Program-made: the position numbers and the translations under genes
From: a virus
Lineage: Duplodnaviria; Caudoviricetes
Length of the DNA: 64,000 nucleotides
Strand: one strand, 5' to 3'
IMG/VR virus record: IMGVR_UViG_3300014205_000170
Span: 32,001-96,000 of that record
In this document: one piece after another, positions 16,992-27,286 of the stretch
Layout of the letters: each line of letters begins with the position of its first letter
Position numbering within the stretch: position 1 is the first letter of the stretch
Notes under the pieces: generated by a model
Database searches by the model: none
Told to the model about the DNA's origin: nothing
The model's input: the letters and a program-made list of their open reading frames with translations, nothing else

Positions 16992-17678
16992 ATGGGAGTG
17001 GGTCGTAAAATAAAAACTAAAGAACTTTATGGAGCTTTACAAGATGATAATCTTCCCTTGTTGTCTGAGGCTTGTCATAGTATGTATGATTCCATTAAGT
17101 CTTTAAAAAATATAAAGAATAGACACTTAGAGACAAGTGTGTGTCCTCAAAAATCTGCTTGCCGTTTCTGTAAAACCATGTTTCTCCCTAAAGTAGAAAG
17201 TTATCATAGTGGGGTATCGGAATGTCCTAAATGTATTGAGAAAGCCGGTGGAGGATTTTACACCTTGGAGGTAAAAGCCTATATATATTTAAAAGGATAT
17301 GTGGAGGGAGAAACGGATATATACGGGGAGAACAATAATGTTCATGTGGAAACAAGATACTTATGGGTTCCATTCAATGTGTTTAAAACGAGTCATGTTT
17401 TAACGGAGAAGTTTAGTATCAAGATACACAAGAACAGTAATATTAAAATAATCTTTAATGAAGCTGTAAAAGCCTCAAAACTTACAAAGAGGTTTGATAA
17501 GATTCGTTTGTTGGAAATCTTAATAAGAGGAGAACGCGGAGAATTGGAGCCTTGGGAGTTTATATTTTCTAAAGAAGAGATACGTTGGACCTTATATATG
17601 GATAAAACAAGAATACGACCATTGGGGTTAGAACATGAAAAATTAAGCGTATGGAGGAGTGATGATAACAGAGATTGA
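16992..17678 (+). CDS. EK-tag zinc-finger protein, family A
   Basis: CRFC..CPKCIEKAGGGF..SHVLTEK. Confidence 0.85.
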   Translation: MGVGRKIKTKELYGALQDDNLPLLSEACHSMYDSIKSLKNIKNRHLETSVCPQKSACRFCKTMFLPKVESYHSGVSECPKCIEKAGGGFYTLEVKAYIYLKGYVEGETDIYGENNNVHVETRYLWVPFNVFKTSHVLTEKFSIKIHKNSNIKIIFNEAVKASKLTKRFDKIRLLEILIRGERGELEPWEFIFSKEEIRWTLYMDKTRIRPLGLEHEKLSVWRSDDNRD

Positions 17679-18141
17679 TACTTATCCTCCTGATGGATAT
17701 ACTCGCAGTGTAACTTGTAGATTTTGTCGTACTAAGTTCTTTGAGCATTTCACATATGATGAACGTATAAGTGAATGTGATGACTGTACAAACAAGGCTG
17801 GTGGTAAATTCCATATAGTAAACATTTATGCCAAGAATGAAAAGACTAAGATGTCTATTGATTCCTTTATGTGGGTATTTCATAGTATCTTATTGAATAG
17901 GCATGTACTTGTTGAGAAGTTTAGTAGAGACGCAGAAAGAAACTCTGTGGCTACAATAATAAAGAAAGAGGCTTTAAGGAGGTTTTCTACTGATGATGAA
18001 ACAAAGGATTATACCAGTAAAGATTGTCATATAGTTCACATAAGGTATTATGAGAAAAGGGCTATGGGGAATTTACGTCCGGTGAGTAATTGGGATTTTA
18101 TAATTAAGAAAGAACTTCTTGTGGAAGGTTATATGTTTTAA
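17659..18141 (+). CDS. EK-tag zinc-finger protein, family A
   Basis: CRFC..CDDC..AGGKF..RHVLVEK. Confidence 0.85.
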   Translation: MMITEIDTYPPDGYTRSVTCRFCRTKFFEHFTYDERISECDDCTNKAGGKFHIVNIYAKNEKTKMSIDSFMWVFHSILLNRHVLVEKFSRDAERNSVATIIKKEALRRFSTDDETKDYTSKDCHIVHIRYYEKRAMGNLRPVSNWDFIIKKELLVEGYMF

Positions 18142-18167
18142 AATAATATTTTAAACTTAAAAAACAA

Positions 18168-18686
18168 ATGCATGTGTGCAATTCCCATTTAATTGATTAT
18201 AGTAAGATGAAACCAAAATTTTCAACTGCTTGGTGTAGGATATGTGAAACGACCTTTACTTATAATTCAGGTAAGAAACACTATCAATATAACATGTCTG
18301 AATGTGAAGAGTGTATAAAGGAAGCCGGAAATGGGTTTTATGCAGTAAGAGTAGGCATTCCAAAAGATGAAGATAAGGTATTTGGTGGTCTTCTTCGTTT
18401 TAAAACACTAAAGGTGCCATTTAAAGTATTATGGTATCAAAATGTATTAGTTGAAAAATACAGCAGTGAGCCTTCTAAGAATACATTATATAAACTCTTA
18501 TTCAAATACACCACAAAAGAGTTATTAAACTTAAAGAATAAAGACTATGTCTCAGAAGAAGAATTTAACAATAGAGAAGTAATAAGTGTCTTTATTGACC
18601 GGTCAGATTCTGGTTTTTTGGAAGACTTAAATGAATGGCATAGAAAAGAGAATAAAACAAAAGAAGAAAAGGAAATCATATTTTAA
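18168..18686 (+). CDS. EK-tag zinc-finger protein, family A
   Basis: CRIC..CEEC..AGNGF..QNVLVEK. Confidence 0.85.
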   Translation: MHVCNSHLIDYSKMKPKFSTAWCRICETTFTYNSGKKHYQYNMSECEECIKEAGNGFYAVRVGIPKDEDKVFGGLLRFKTLKVPFKVLWYQNVLVEKYSSEPSKNTLYKLLFKYTTKELLNLKNKDYVSEEEFNNREVISVFIDRSDSGFLEDLNEWHRKENKTKEEKEIIF

Positions 18687-18707
18687 ACACTTTAAAAGTC
18701 AAATATA

Positions 18708-19154
18708 ATGGGAAATATATCATTTATAATACCAAAAGAGAATATCAAGGATTTAACTGTTGAGAATATAGTTAAATTGATTACGGAGCATTTTCGTAAT
18801 AAGTTAAAGATTCAGGTGGAGTTACATCATACCGGTCAAATCATTGTTAGAGACAATAATGAAAGAACAGTATGCGAACTATGGATTCGCAAGGATGGCT
18901 GTTATTTGTTAACTGAAACTGAGGAGAGCAATTCTGGGTCTCAAGGTTGGTGGAAAAAGCTAAATGATTTGAATTTAAGTAGTACTGAGCCTTGTATTGG
19001 AAGTAGCTATGGCGACCATTCTCTTACGAAGGAGCGTAGTAAAATCCTAACCTTCCTTACCAAGCATTTTAAGGGGTATTGGTTGGATGAAGGTATTCAC
19101 CCGGAATTCATTACTTACAATGAACAATTTTTGGAAAAATACGTTATAAAATAG
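18708..19154 (+). CDS. hypothetical protein
   Basis: loosely similar to split gene 56929-57503 (KHFKGYWLDEG vs KHYNAQMWDDG). Confidence 0.8.
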   Translation: MGNISFIIPKENIKDLTVENIVKLITEHFRNKLKIQVELHHTGQIIVRDNNERTVCELWIRKDGCYLLTETEESNSGSQGWWKKLNDLNLSSTEPCIGSSYGDHSLTKERSKILTFLTKHFKGYWLDEGIHPEFITYNEQFLEKYVIK

Positions 19155-19156
19155 AA

Positions 19157-19480
19157 GTGGATAAAAGACCAGAAGGCATAGATTTTATAAAGGCCAATTT
19201 AAGCCAGATGCATAAGACACGAGTTGTTCTTACGGAAAAGGTTGGTTGTCCTAATGTTTTAATGACAGATGAAGAGATAAGTAAATTTTCAGAGTGGGTT
19301 AATACATTTGAAGAATATGCTCATTCTGGACCTTCTGTAAAACGTGTTATCTCATTTTGTAAAGCACATTATGGAGATAAGTTCAATAAATTGTTTGATG
19401 AGGAAGCTTTAAAAAAACTAAACGATAATTGGATGGAGATAGCTCTTTGGGAAATGGAACAAAATATAGCTTGCGATTAA
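19157..19480 (+). CDS. EK-tag protein
   Basis: TRVVLTEK. Confidence 0.75.
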   Translation: MDKRPEGIDFIKANLSQMHKTRVVLTEKVGCPNVLMTDEEISKFSEWVNTFEEYAHSGPSVKRVISFCKAHYGDKFNKLFDEEALKKLNDNWMEIALWEMEQNIACD

Positions 19481-19726
19481 ATGAAAAAGACAAAAAAGAT
19501 AGAAGAAGGGGTAAAATCCAGGATTATTGAATCACTTACACCAACTAAGAGTAATGATAATTATGTTAGGAATGAGATTTTAGACCGGATTAAGTATTTG
19601 ACAATAGATTGTCCAGAGTGTGAGAATATCATCCATGACGATGAGCAATACTCATGTGGTACATGTAATGGTGGGCAGATATTTGCTTTCGAATGGGTAA
19701 AACAACAAATTAAAACAACAAAATAA
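19481..19726 (+). CDS. zinc-ribbon hypothetical protein
   Basis: CPEC..CGTC. Confidence 0.75.
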   Translation: MKKTKKIEEGVKSRIIESLTPTKSNDNYVRNEILDRIKYLTIDCPECENIIHDDEQYSCGTCNGGQIFAFEWVKQQIKTTK

Positions 19727-19734
19727 TATACAAA

Positions 19735-21057
19735 ATGAAATCTACCTCAAAATACTCAAAGAGCCTAACAAAAGAAATTAACGCATTTCTTAAGGCTTAT
19801 AAGGAATACTATAAACCTGGAATGCATCCTGTGGAAGGAATTCAGTTGACAGATGTTATTAATAACATTAAGGGTACTAAATATAAAATTACAAAGTTAT
19901 CTGATGAGCAGTTGAATATTGATAATTTTGATAAGGATGAACGTTTGTTTGAAAACACGTTTACGGTTATGAATGAATTGAAGTTATATCCGTCTATTGA
20001 GTTTATAAAAACCTTTCATGAAAAATTGCCAATACCTCAGATTTTTTGGTATGAGCAATCCAAAGAGACAACAGACTATGTATTAGAGAACTTTAGGATT
20101 CTTGGTGGATTTAAACACAATGTAGCCGGATTTTTCAGAATGGTCATTTTAACTGAAAAACAGTTAGATAAAATAATAAAGGAGTATAATGAGGTAAGGA
20201 GTAATAAAATTGAATTAAATGATTTTAATGATAAACAACAGTTTTCAGAACGGATATTAGAGAAATATTTTAAACCAGAGAATGTATTTTTTAATGGTCG
20301 CTCAAAGAATATACCTTTATCTTATACCAAAAAATATATAAAAGAATCATTAAATAGAGGTAATTTTTGGTCAAATAATGATGGTGGTGAGCTCTTATCT
20401 CAATGTATCAGCAAGGCGGAATATCAAAAATTATACAAAGAAAGACATGGGAAGATAGCGTATTGTTCAAAATACATTACAAAGAAATTCTTCTTGGAAT
20501 TATTAAATTTAAAAGACATAACTTCAAGGGTTTGGGATGATTTTAGTCATATCAATCTTAATTGGCATCAACAAAATCCAAATTTTGATTTGGAGGTTTT
20601 TGAAAAAATGCAAAAGAAATTCCCAAACAATTGGGGATTGGAACAATATCTTAATAGAGGAATTTTCCACAAAGATATCTGTAAAAAATACAGAAAGAAG
20701 ATAGCTCCGTTTTTAGAAAGAGGTTTCTATAACGAAAAGAATATACTTAAACAATTAAAAGAGATAGATAAATCCTTACATGACATTCTTATGTTAAGTT
20801 CAACAAAAAGGGAGTTAAAGAACTTTATTCAATATGAAAATAATAAAAACAATCCAGAATTTTTTGGTCGTATGTTTTCACCGGTCATTACCCATATGCC
20901 TATACATATTGATAGTTTGTGTCAATCAACTCTTTTAAAAGAGTTTACTGAAAAAAAGAATGAATTAAAGCAACAATATATTGTAAGAGCCGAAAAAGAA
21001 ATAAAGGATTTAGACAACCAGATAAAGAAAATTGAAACAACAATGACGCATGAATAG
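19735..21057 (+). CDS. hypothetical protein (possible internal EK-tag)
   Basis: 440 aa; RMVILTEK. Confidence 0.85.
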   Translation: MKSTSKYSKSLTKEINAFLKAYKEYYKPGMHPVEGIQLTDVINNIKGTKYKITKLSDEQLNIDNFDKDERLFENTFTVMNELKLYPSIEFIKTFHEKLPIPQIFWYEQSKETTDYVLENFRILGGFKHNVAGFFRMVILTEKQLDKIIKEYNEVRSNKIELNDFNDKQQFSERILEKYFKPENVFFNGRSKNIPLSYTKKYIKESLNRGNFWSNNDGGELLSQCISKAEYQKLYKERHGKIAYCSKYITKKFFLELLNLKDITSRVWDDFSHINLNWHQQNPNFDLEVFEKMQKKFPNNWGLEQYLNRGIFHKDICKKYRKKIAPFLERGFYNEKNILKQLKEIDKSLHDILMLSSTKRELKNFIQYENNKNNPEFFGRMFSPVITHMPIHIDSLCQSTLLKEFTEKKNELKQQYIVRAEKEIKDLDNQIKKIETTMTHE

Positions 21058-21910
21058 ATTAAAGAAAAAAACTAAGCAATTACAAGAAAATAACTTATTT
21101 TTTATTGTTTTTGGAAAGCCACATTTGTACTTTAAAAAGTTGATGATAAGTACAATTTCAATTGGAATAATAACGTTGATTTTAAATTATATATACATAA
21201 ATACTGGTTTACATTCTTTTAGAATTCCATCAACCATGCATAGTTTGATTGGAATTGTTATTGGATTGTTACTTGTATTTAGAACAAATACTGCCTATGA
21301 CAGGTGGTGGGAAGGAAGAAAGCGAATATCAGAAATATCAGCATCAATATATTTTATTATGGTGAAAATTAATTCGTGTCTTCAAAAAGAATCCAATGAA
21401 TATAAAAAAGGACTTGATGTAATACGAATAAATTTAATAAGTTTCATGAATAACATGAAAAACTATCTAAAAGAAGAAATAGAAACTAAAGAGATTTTTG
21501 TATCTGAAACGTTTATTGACCAGCAAAATGTGCACATAGAGAAAGTTATGCAAGCAATTAAAAAATTAGAAATGGAAAAAACAATAGATGGAAGAGACGC
21601 AACAATTATTGAAATTTCCATCAAATCTTTAATTGAAGGTTCTGTTGCTTGTGAAAGAATTAAAAACACTCCAATACCAATAGCATATGCTTTACATATA
21701 AAAATTTCAATTTTAATTTATCTTATAACCCTACCATTTGGTTTATTTTATGATTTGGGTATTTGGTCCTCATTAATGGTAATGCTTGTATATTATTTAA
21801 TAGCCGGAATAGAGATAATAAGCAGCGAGATAGAAAATCCATTTGCAGGAGAACCAAATGATTTACCTGTGGTAGAACTTATTGATAATATTATAAAATC
21901 TATAAAATAA
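21050..21910 (+). CDS. bestrophin family (YneE-like) ion channel
   Basis: LLLVFRTNTAYDRWWEGRK, CERIKNTPIP, EIENPF..NDLP; hydrophobic helices. Confidence 0.9.
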   Translation: MNRLKKKTKQLQENNLFFIVFGKPHLYFKKLMISTISIGIITLILNYIYINTGLHSFRIPSTMHSLIGIVIGLLLVFRTNTAYDRWWEGRKRISEISASIYFIMVKINSCLQKESNEYKKGLDVIRINLISFMNNMKNYLKEEIETKEIFVSETFIDQQNVHIEKVMQAIKKLEMEKTIDGRDATIIEISIKSLIEGSVACERIKNTPIPIAYALHIKISILIYLITLPFGLFYDLGIWSSLMVMLVYYLIAGIEIISSEIENPFAGEPNDLPVVELIDNIIKSIK

Positions 21911-21926
21911 AAACAACACACACAAA

Positions 21927-22460
21927 GTGGAACTTACAACAACGCAAATAATAGATTTAACCAAGCAAATTTCAACGCCTGAAAAACGTAGTTATAGAGC
22001 CGGTTGTCGTATGTGTGGACATATTTTTTATAACCCTATGGAATTCAGCATAGGTGAATGTCCAAAATGTATAGACAAAGCCGGAGGTTCGTTTATTGTT
22101 GTAAGGACAAATTATGGATTTTCCAATCTTAGTTTAAGAAATCGTACAAACAAAAGAGATTATTGGGTTCCGATAAACTTTACAAGAAGGCGTTATGTTT
22201 GTGTTGAAAAATATAGTGCCAAATTTACAAGTCTCTTATTAATTAAAATCTGCACAAAATATATTAAAGAAAAAATAGCGGGTAAAATTCTAGAAAACAG
22301 TTTACAGGAACAGTACTATAAAGGTATGAGTATTGAAATAGAAGATGTTTATATGGTAAAATACGATAACGAATATAAAGGACCATTTGAACTTTTGTTT
22401 AAACTTAGTGATGAAGAAATGGAAGAGACAAGATTTCATGTATCTAATATTAAAAATTAA
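21927..22460 (+). CDS. EK-tag zinc-finger protein, family A
   Basis: CRMC..CPKCIDKAGGSF..RYVCVEK. Confidence 0.85.
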   Translation: MELTTTQIIDLTKQISTPEKRSYRAGCRMCGHIFYNPMEFSIGECPKCIDKAGGSFIVVRTNYGFSNLSLRNRTNKRDYWVPINFTRRRYVCVEKYSAKFTSLLLIKICTKYIKEKIAGKILENSLQEQYYKGMSIEIEDVYMVKYDNEYKGPFELLFKLSDEEMEETRFHVSNIKN

Positions 22461-22463
22461 ATC

Positions 22464-22742
22464 ATGGGCTTACACTTATTAAATAAAGACACACAAGTAC
22501 TTGTTGAAAAAGCGCCATTCTTAATAGAAATAAAAAGAGGTGATTATATATTTTTTGATGTGTGGTACAAACACAATCAAGGACAGCATTTTATGGTTCG
22601 ACAATGTACGAGGGAAGATATAGCTGAAGTAAAAAACAGCCAAAATATAAGTCCTAAAGATTTATATATTGTATGTACTGATGGTAAAGGTTATAAAGCT
22701 GGTGCAGCAATTTATAAAAAACATTGTATAAAATTAAAATAA
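22464..22742 (+). CDS. EK-tag protein, family B
   Basis: TQVLVEK then WY..F.VR.CT. Confidence 0.8.
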   Translation: MGLHLLNKDTQVLVEKAPFLIEIKRGDYIFFDVWYKHNQGQHFMVRQCTREDIAEVKNSQNISPKDLYIVCTDGKGYKAGAAIYKKHCIKLK

Positions 22743-22799
22743 CGACAGCGCCAATTAGTTGTTCTTGGTTTTTAGAAGTATCGAAGGAAAAATTAAAAA

Positions 22800-23057
22800 A
22801 TGGAAGATTACACGTTATACATAGTTAGTGGTTACAAACTTGATTTGTATTGTAATAAATGCAAAGACAAAAAGTGGCCAGAAAGAAGGAATGGTGATGG
22901 TGTCACTAACCCTGTAAGTTTTCATGCAGACGGAAAAGACTGTTATTCCAGAGTGAGAAAATTTGCAAGGAAAGCAGGCTGGATTCTCAAAAAGGATGGA
23001 ACAGCTATATGTCCGAGGTGTACGAGTAAACGTGCGGCTGGGCAAATTGAAACATAA
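22800..23057 (+). CDS. zinc-binding hypothetical protein
   Basis: LYCNKC..ARKAGW..CPRC. Confidence 0.75.
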   Translation: MEDYTLYIVSGYKLDLYCNKCKDKKWPERRNGDGVTNPVSFHADGKDCYSRVRKFARKAGWILKKDGTAICPRCTSKRAAGQIET

Positions 23058-23059
23058 CA

Positions 23060-23323
23060 ATGGATATAATTAAAAGAATAGTATTAATTGAAAAGTCTGA
23101 ATTCACAATTATGTCTAATGATGGAAGAAGATTTTGGGCAAGACAATGCAATAAGAAAGATTTAGAAAGAGCTCATGATGAATATGAAGAAGAATATAAA
23201 GAATACAAAGACAGACAAATATATAGACTTTCAAATAATCCGAGTGATTATTATGTTATTCTAGAAAGGAATGTATTTCTGGCTAACATAATCAGCGTAG
23301 ATATATGTGAACGAATAAAATGA
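23060..23323 (+). CDS. EK-tag protein, family B
   Basis: N-terminal KRIVLIEK. Confidence 0.8.
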   Translation: MDIIKRIVLIEKSEFTIMSNDGRRFWARQCNKKDLERAHDEYEEEYKEYKDRQIYRLSNNPSDYYVILERNVFLANIISVDICERIK

Positions 23324-23688
23324 ATAGTAACGTAAAAATAGTATTAGTAGAGAAGAAACAAAGACCTATTTTGTTTGGTGGTCATAATTTGGATGAAAAA
23401 GAAGAATACAATTTAGAAGATGCTATTGTTATAATATCTAAACTTATAAACATTAATCGTGAAAAAGGTGGTAATATTGTGTATGTTTCAAATTACGCTT
23501 TAACCAAAGAGGTAATAAGTGTATTGATAAAAAACGGAGTTACGATGACAGAAAATTCTATTGGAGATGGTAAATACATTCACATAAGTAAGTTTAATAC
23601 AGATTGCAGAACTAAAGGATGTGTGTATAATGTTTATGGAAATTGCAAATGCAATGGTATTGGAACTGAGTGTAAAAGTTATAGTTAA
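23320..23688 (+). CDS. EK-tag protein, family E
   Basis: KIVLVEK; paralog of 27270-27713. Confidence 0.8.
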   Translation: MNSNVKIVLVEKKQRPILFGGHNLDEKEEYNLEDAIVIISKLININREKGGNIVYVSNYALTKEVISVLIKNGVTMTENSIGDGKYIHISKFNTDCRTKGCVYNVYGNCKCNGIGTECKSYS

Positions 23689-23996
23689 TGGCTGTGGTTA
23701 TTCAATGTTCATATTGTGAAAATAGTTTTGTGTGGCTTTCAGAAACAAAGTGGATTGATGGCAAATTGGTACATAAACCTTTTTTAAGAGAATGCTTTGA
23801 TACTACGAATGCTTGCGCTGATTGTTCTGAATGTATTGAAAATGAAAAAACCGTTTTAATAGAGAAAAACCCTACTGAAAATGGTGTAATAAAAAGAAGA
23901 TATAATATTAAAATGAAATTAGCTGAATGTGGTTTTTATAAAGTTGTTGCAATGATTGAAAGAAAAAAAGAAATACGAAAATATATTAATGTATAA
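23688..23996 (+). CDS. EK-tag zinc-finger protein (family A related)
   Basis: CSYC..CSEC..KTVLIEK. Confidence 0.8.
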   Translation: MAVVIQCSYCENSFVWLSETKWIDGKLVHKPFLRECFDTTNACADCSECIENEKTVLIEKNPTENGVIKRRYNIKMKLAECGFYKVVAMIERKKEIRKYINV

Positions 23997-24603
23997 CACC
24001 AGTAACATATCTACTAATTTCAAGGCTCAATTTGAGCCTTTAAAACGTTTTGTTGTGGAGGGTGGTAAAAACCTACAAAAATTTATAAATGTAAAGCGTG
24101 GCAAGATAGAACAAGAGCCTATATACTTTTCATCACATTGTCGTTTTTGTAAAACGTTGTTTAATGCTAATTCAATATATCGTTTAGGATTATCCCAGTG
24201 TGATACTTGTTATGATAATGCCGGAGGAGGATTTTATTTTATAAGAACAGAATACATTTTTAAGACCGTAGCAGGATACCGTACTGAGCAGAAGCTTTTT
24301 TGGATTCCGTACAATATATATAGAACGCGTTTTGTTCAAACGGAGAAGTACAGTCCAAAAATTTCAAAGAATTTCATTATTAAAACGACAATACAATATG
24401 TAAAATCAAAAGCAGAGGAAATAAACAGAGAAGATATTTTAAAAACACCAATGGAAATTGCCATTCAAGAGGTTTGTATGTTAGAAAAAGATGGTATATG
24501 TAAAACAATTATGATTTTTGATAAAATTGACTTTATAAAACATTCTGATTTGATGGTTGATATTTCTTCTCCCAAACGATATAGTAATCCTTTAAACGCA
24601 TGA
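23989..24603 (+). CDS. EK-tag zinc-finger protein, family A
   Basis: CRFC..CDTC..AGGGF..RFVQTEK; start set to ATG 23989. Confidence 0.8.
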   Translation: MYNTSNISTNFKAQFEPLKRFVVEGGKNLQKFINVKRGKIEQEPIYFSSHCRFCKTLFNANSIYRLGLSQCDTCYDNAGGGFYFIRTEYIFKTVAGYRTEQKLFWIPYNIYRTRFVQTEKYSPKISKNFIIKTTIQYVKSKAEEINREDILKTPMEIAIQEVCMLEKDGICKTIMIFDKIDFIKHSDLMVDISSPKRYSNPLNA

Positions 24604-25124
24604 GTTATTTATTGTTGCATTCAGACCCACATCTTGATTCTTTACCTAAAGAGATTGATTCGAACGTAGGTAAAACTTGGTGTCGCATATGTAATACTTT
24701 TTATAATAAACAAGGTTTTTTAAACAATAAAACAAGGGAAGGGTTTTATAATAAAGGAAGAATAGCAGAGTGTCCAAAATGCATCGAGAAAGCTGGTGGT
24801 GGATTTTATCTTGTAAGGATAATGAATCTTACTTCTGAAGGCTCTGTTAGTATAATGTATACTCCTTTTAATGTTTTGTGGAATAGAAATGTTTTGACAG
24901 AGAAGTTTAGTGCAAATGAACGTAAAAACACCGTATATAAGACAATATCTAAATACGGATTTAAGAAGTTATACAGTATATATCCGGACTTATATGATAG
25001 TATTCTTGAATTTCATCATATGGATGTATGTGTTGAATCACCTATAACAGGCTTTGTTTATTCTTTAAATGAGTGGCATTTTAGAAAATTAAAGACAGCT
25101 GAGGAATGGGCTATAAAGTTTTGA
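24600..25124 (+). CDS. EK-tag zinc-finger protein, family A
   Basis: CRIC..CPKCIEKAGGGF..RNVLTEK. Confidence 0.85.
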   Translation: MSYLLLHSDPHLDSLPKEIDSNVGKTWCRICNTFYNKQGFLNNKTREGFYNKGRIAECPKCIEKAGGGFYLVRIMNLTSEGSVSIMYTPFNVLWNRNVLTEKFSANERKNTVYKTISKYGFKKLYSIYPDLYDSILEFHHMDVCVESPITGFVYSLNEWHFRKLKTAEEWAIKF

Positions 25125-25125
25125 T

Positions 25126-25440
25126 ATGAGTAGTGATTTAATAGTTAAAAAAAGCATATATAAAGAAGATAAAAGGATGGTCCTTATTGAAAAGACTGAG
25201 ATTCATTATTATGGAATGAGTCCAACAGGTGCTTGTATAGAACAGTGTGCTGTATATGAACGTGATGTTTGGATTGGAAGTTCATGGTGTATTCATTGCA
25301 AACACTCTTTAGGTTATAACAGTATTGATTCCTTTATTATGTGTAAAAAACTTTCGAGGGCTTTAGGAAAAACTGACCAAGATAAGTCCAAAGAAACCTA
25401 TATGGTCCCACATTCAATAAACCCTGATGAATTATTTTGA
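25126..25440 (+). CDS. EK-tag Cys-rich protein, family D
   Basis: KRMVLIEK; C...C..IGS..C..C. Confidence 0.8.
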   Translation: MSSDLIVKKSIYKEDKRMVLIEKTEIHYYGMSPTGACIEQCAVYERDVWIGSSWCIHCKHSLGYNSIDSFIMCKKLSRALGKTDQDKSKETYMVPHSINPDELF

Positions 25441-25790
25441 TGAGTATTACTAAAGGACATAAATATAGTTTTAGAGACTTTAATGATATGTGGGATAAAG
25501 CTGGTAATTTTGCTTATACCATTACTTTTCAAAATCTAAGAAAAGCTCATGAATTGGAGGAGCAATTATTAAAGCTTGGATACCAACGGTCAGCCTATAG
25601 TGCAATGATAAACTGGGGTGATGGTCGAAGAATACGGTTTTACTTAAGAGTTGCTCCAAGACAAAAATTTTTTTATAGAATAAACAAAAAAGAAATCACC
25701 AAGACATCGTATTTTAAAGATAGATATACTGAAGATTTCTTTGATAGTATTTGTTTTAAATTTATAATGATTGAAAAGAGTATAAAATAA
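25437..25790 (+). CDS. EK-tag protein, family C
   Basis: C-terminal CFKFIMIEK. Confidence 0.8.
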   Translation: MMSITKGHKYSFRDFNDMWDKAGNFAYTITFQNLRKAHELEEQLLKLGYQRSAYSAMINWGDGRRIRFYLRVAPRQKFFYRINKKEITKTSYFKDRYTEDFFDSICFKFIMIEKSIK

Positions 25791-26098
25791 TGACGTTGGA
25801 AAGCCTAGAGAGAATTGTTTTGTTTGAGAAGACACCTTATAAAGTTAAAATCAAAAGTAATATTGATTTTGGAGGATGGTGGTGCGAAAAGTATCAAGGA
25901 GAATTTTTTTATATAAAAGAAGCCTCTTTAGCAGAATTAATTGCAGCAGGTTATAATATACAGGCTTTCAATTCACTGAACATAAAAAACAATATGAATA
26001 TATATGATTATTTTTTAACTAATGAACCTAAGCAGCACCCAAAATTTGGTTTGGCTTTGCCTAAGAAATTTTGTACAACAATATCGGGAAGTAAATAA
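25790..26098 (+). CDS. EK-tag protein, family B
   Basis: RIVLFEK; KSNIDFGGWWCE. Confidence 0.8.
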   Translation: MTLESLERIVLFEKTPYKVKIKSNIDFGGWWCEKYQGEFFYIKEASLAELIAAGYNIQAFNSLNIKNNMNIYDYFLTNEPKQHPKFGLALPKKFCTTISGSK

Positions 26099-26407
26099 AT
26101 GTCAGAAGTTAAAGATGATATAAAAGAACAAATGTTTCCAACAACCAGAAGTGTTATATTTGAAAAACGAGTGGACACCATAAAAGTTAAAAGTCATATT
26201 GACTTCCAAGGTTGGTGGTGCGAGGAACATCAAGGACAAACATTTCAAGTAAGACACACAACCATTAAAGAACTAGAAGAATTTGGATTTGATACTAGAG
26301 AAATGTTAGATGAAGATGAAATATATGATGTATATCTAATTGTTGGACCAGAAGAGAAACATTGGGTTATACCTAAAAAATTTTGCATACCAGTATCAAG
26401 ATATTAA
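26099..26407 (+). CDS. EK-tag protein, family B
   Basis: TRSVIFEK; KSHIDFQGWWCE. Confidence 0.8.
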   Translation: MSEVKDDIKEQMFPTTRSVIFEKRVDTIKVKSHIDFQGWWCEEHQGQTFQVRHTTIKELEEFGFDTREMLDEDEIYDVYLIVGPEEKHWVIPKKFCIPVSRY

Positions 26408-26421
26408 TAAAACCGAAAAGA

Positions 26422-26904
26422 ATGAATTCAATGTTAGATAAAATAAAAGATTTAAAAGACTTAGAACCTTTTCAGAGAAATTTTACTCATCAACCTGAAG
26501 TTAGAGAAGGGTATGAGAAATTCAAAAAAGGTGAATTTAATTCTATTGAAGAATGTAAGGATTGGATATTAAAACAAAAACTAACTTGTTTTAGAGATGA
26601 CCCATTTATAGAACATTTAAACATATTGAATTATTTCGATACCGGAAAGTTTCACTTCAAGCAATTTGAACATTTAAATGAACAATTCAATCACTTACAA
26701 GGACAATTATTAACTTTTAAGTTTTACAGAAATGCACCCAAGAGGCAAATAGTGTTACTTACCAGTGCTTTTGGATGTGTAAATGCCTTATGTCATGACC
26801 TTACAGAAAATAAGCTTGTTTGGATAAGTTGGGATGTATTTGATAATGTGAAAAAACCAAAGGTGAATAGAATTAAAAAGAATATCATACAACAATTATT
26901 TTAA
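26422..26904 (+). CDS. hypothetical protein
   Basis: ORF; start set to second ATG. Confidence 0.75.
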   Translation: MNSMLDKIKDLKDLEPFQRNFTHQPEVREGYEKFKKGEFNSIEECKDWILKQKLTCFRDDPFIEHLNILNYFDTGKFHFKQFEHLNEQFNHLQGQLLTFKFYRNAPKRQIVLLTSAFGCVNALCHDLTENKLVWISWDVFDNVKKPKVNRIKKNIIQQLF

Positions 26905-26911
26905 AATAAAA

Positions 26912-27286
26912 ATGAACAGGGTTGCACAACATAGAAATATAAACTTTCAACAGTTTACTAAAAAATGGAATTTAGCAGAAACTAAGCCTTTCACTGTTCA
27001 TTTTACTTGCAGAAACAGAGCTTTTAGTTTTGAGCACAAGCTATTAAATGAAGGATATGCGGAAATTGAAAGGGTGCAACATTTTAATTGGTATCATGGT
27101 TCAAGAAAAAATTATTATATAATTGTGTATTCTCAAAGTCGTGGTTATCTTAGAGCTGCTAAGTTTACATCAAAACATTCTAATATATACAACACATTAT
27201 TATCAGAAGAATTTTGTAGTAAATTTTGTTTTAGAGAAGTGATGATTGAAAAACGTAATAAAACACAGAATGAAAACAGATATTAG
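26912..27286 (+). CDS. EK-tag protein, family C
   Basis: CFREVMIEK. Confidence 0.8.
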   Translation: MNRVAQHRNINFQQFTKKWNLAETKPFTVHFTCRNRAFSFEHKLLNEGYAEIERVQHFNWYHGSRKNYYIIVYSQSRGYLRAAKFTSKHSNIYNTLLSEEFCSKFCFREVMIEKRNKTQNENRY

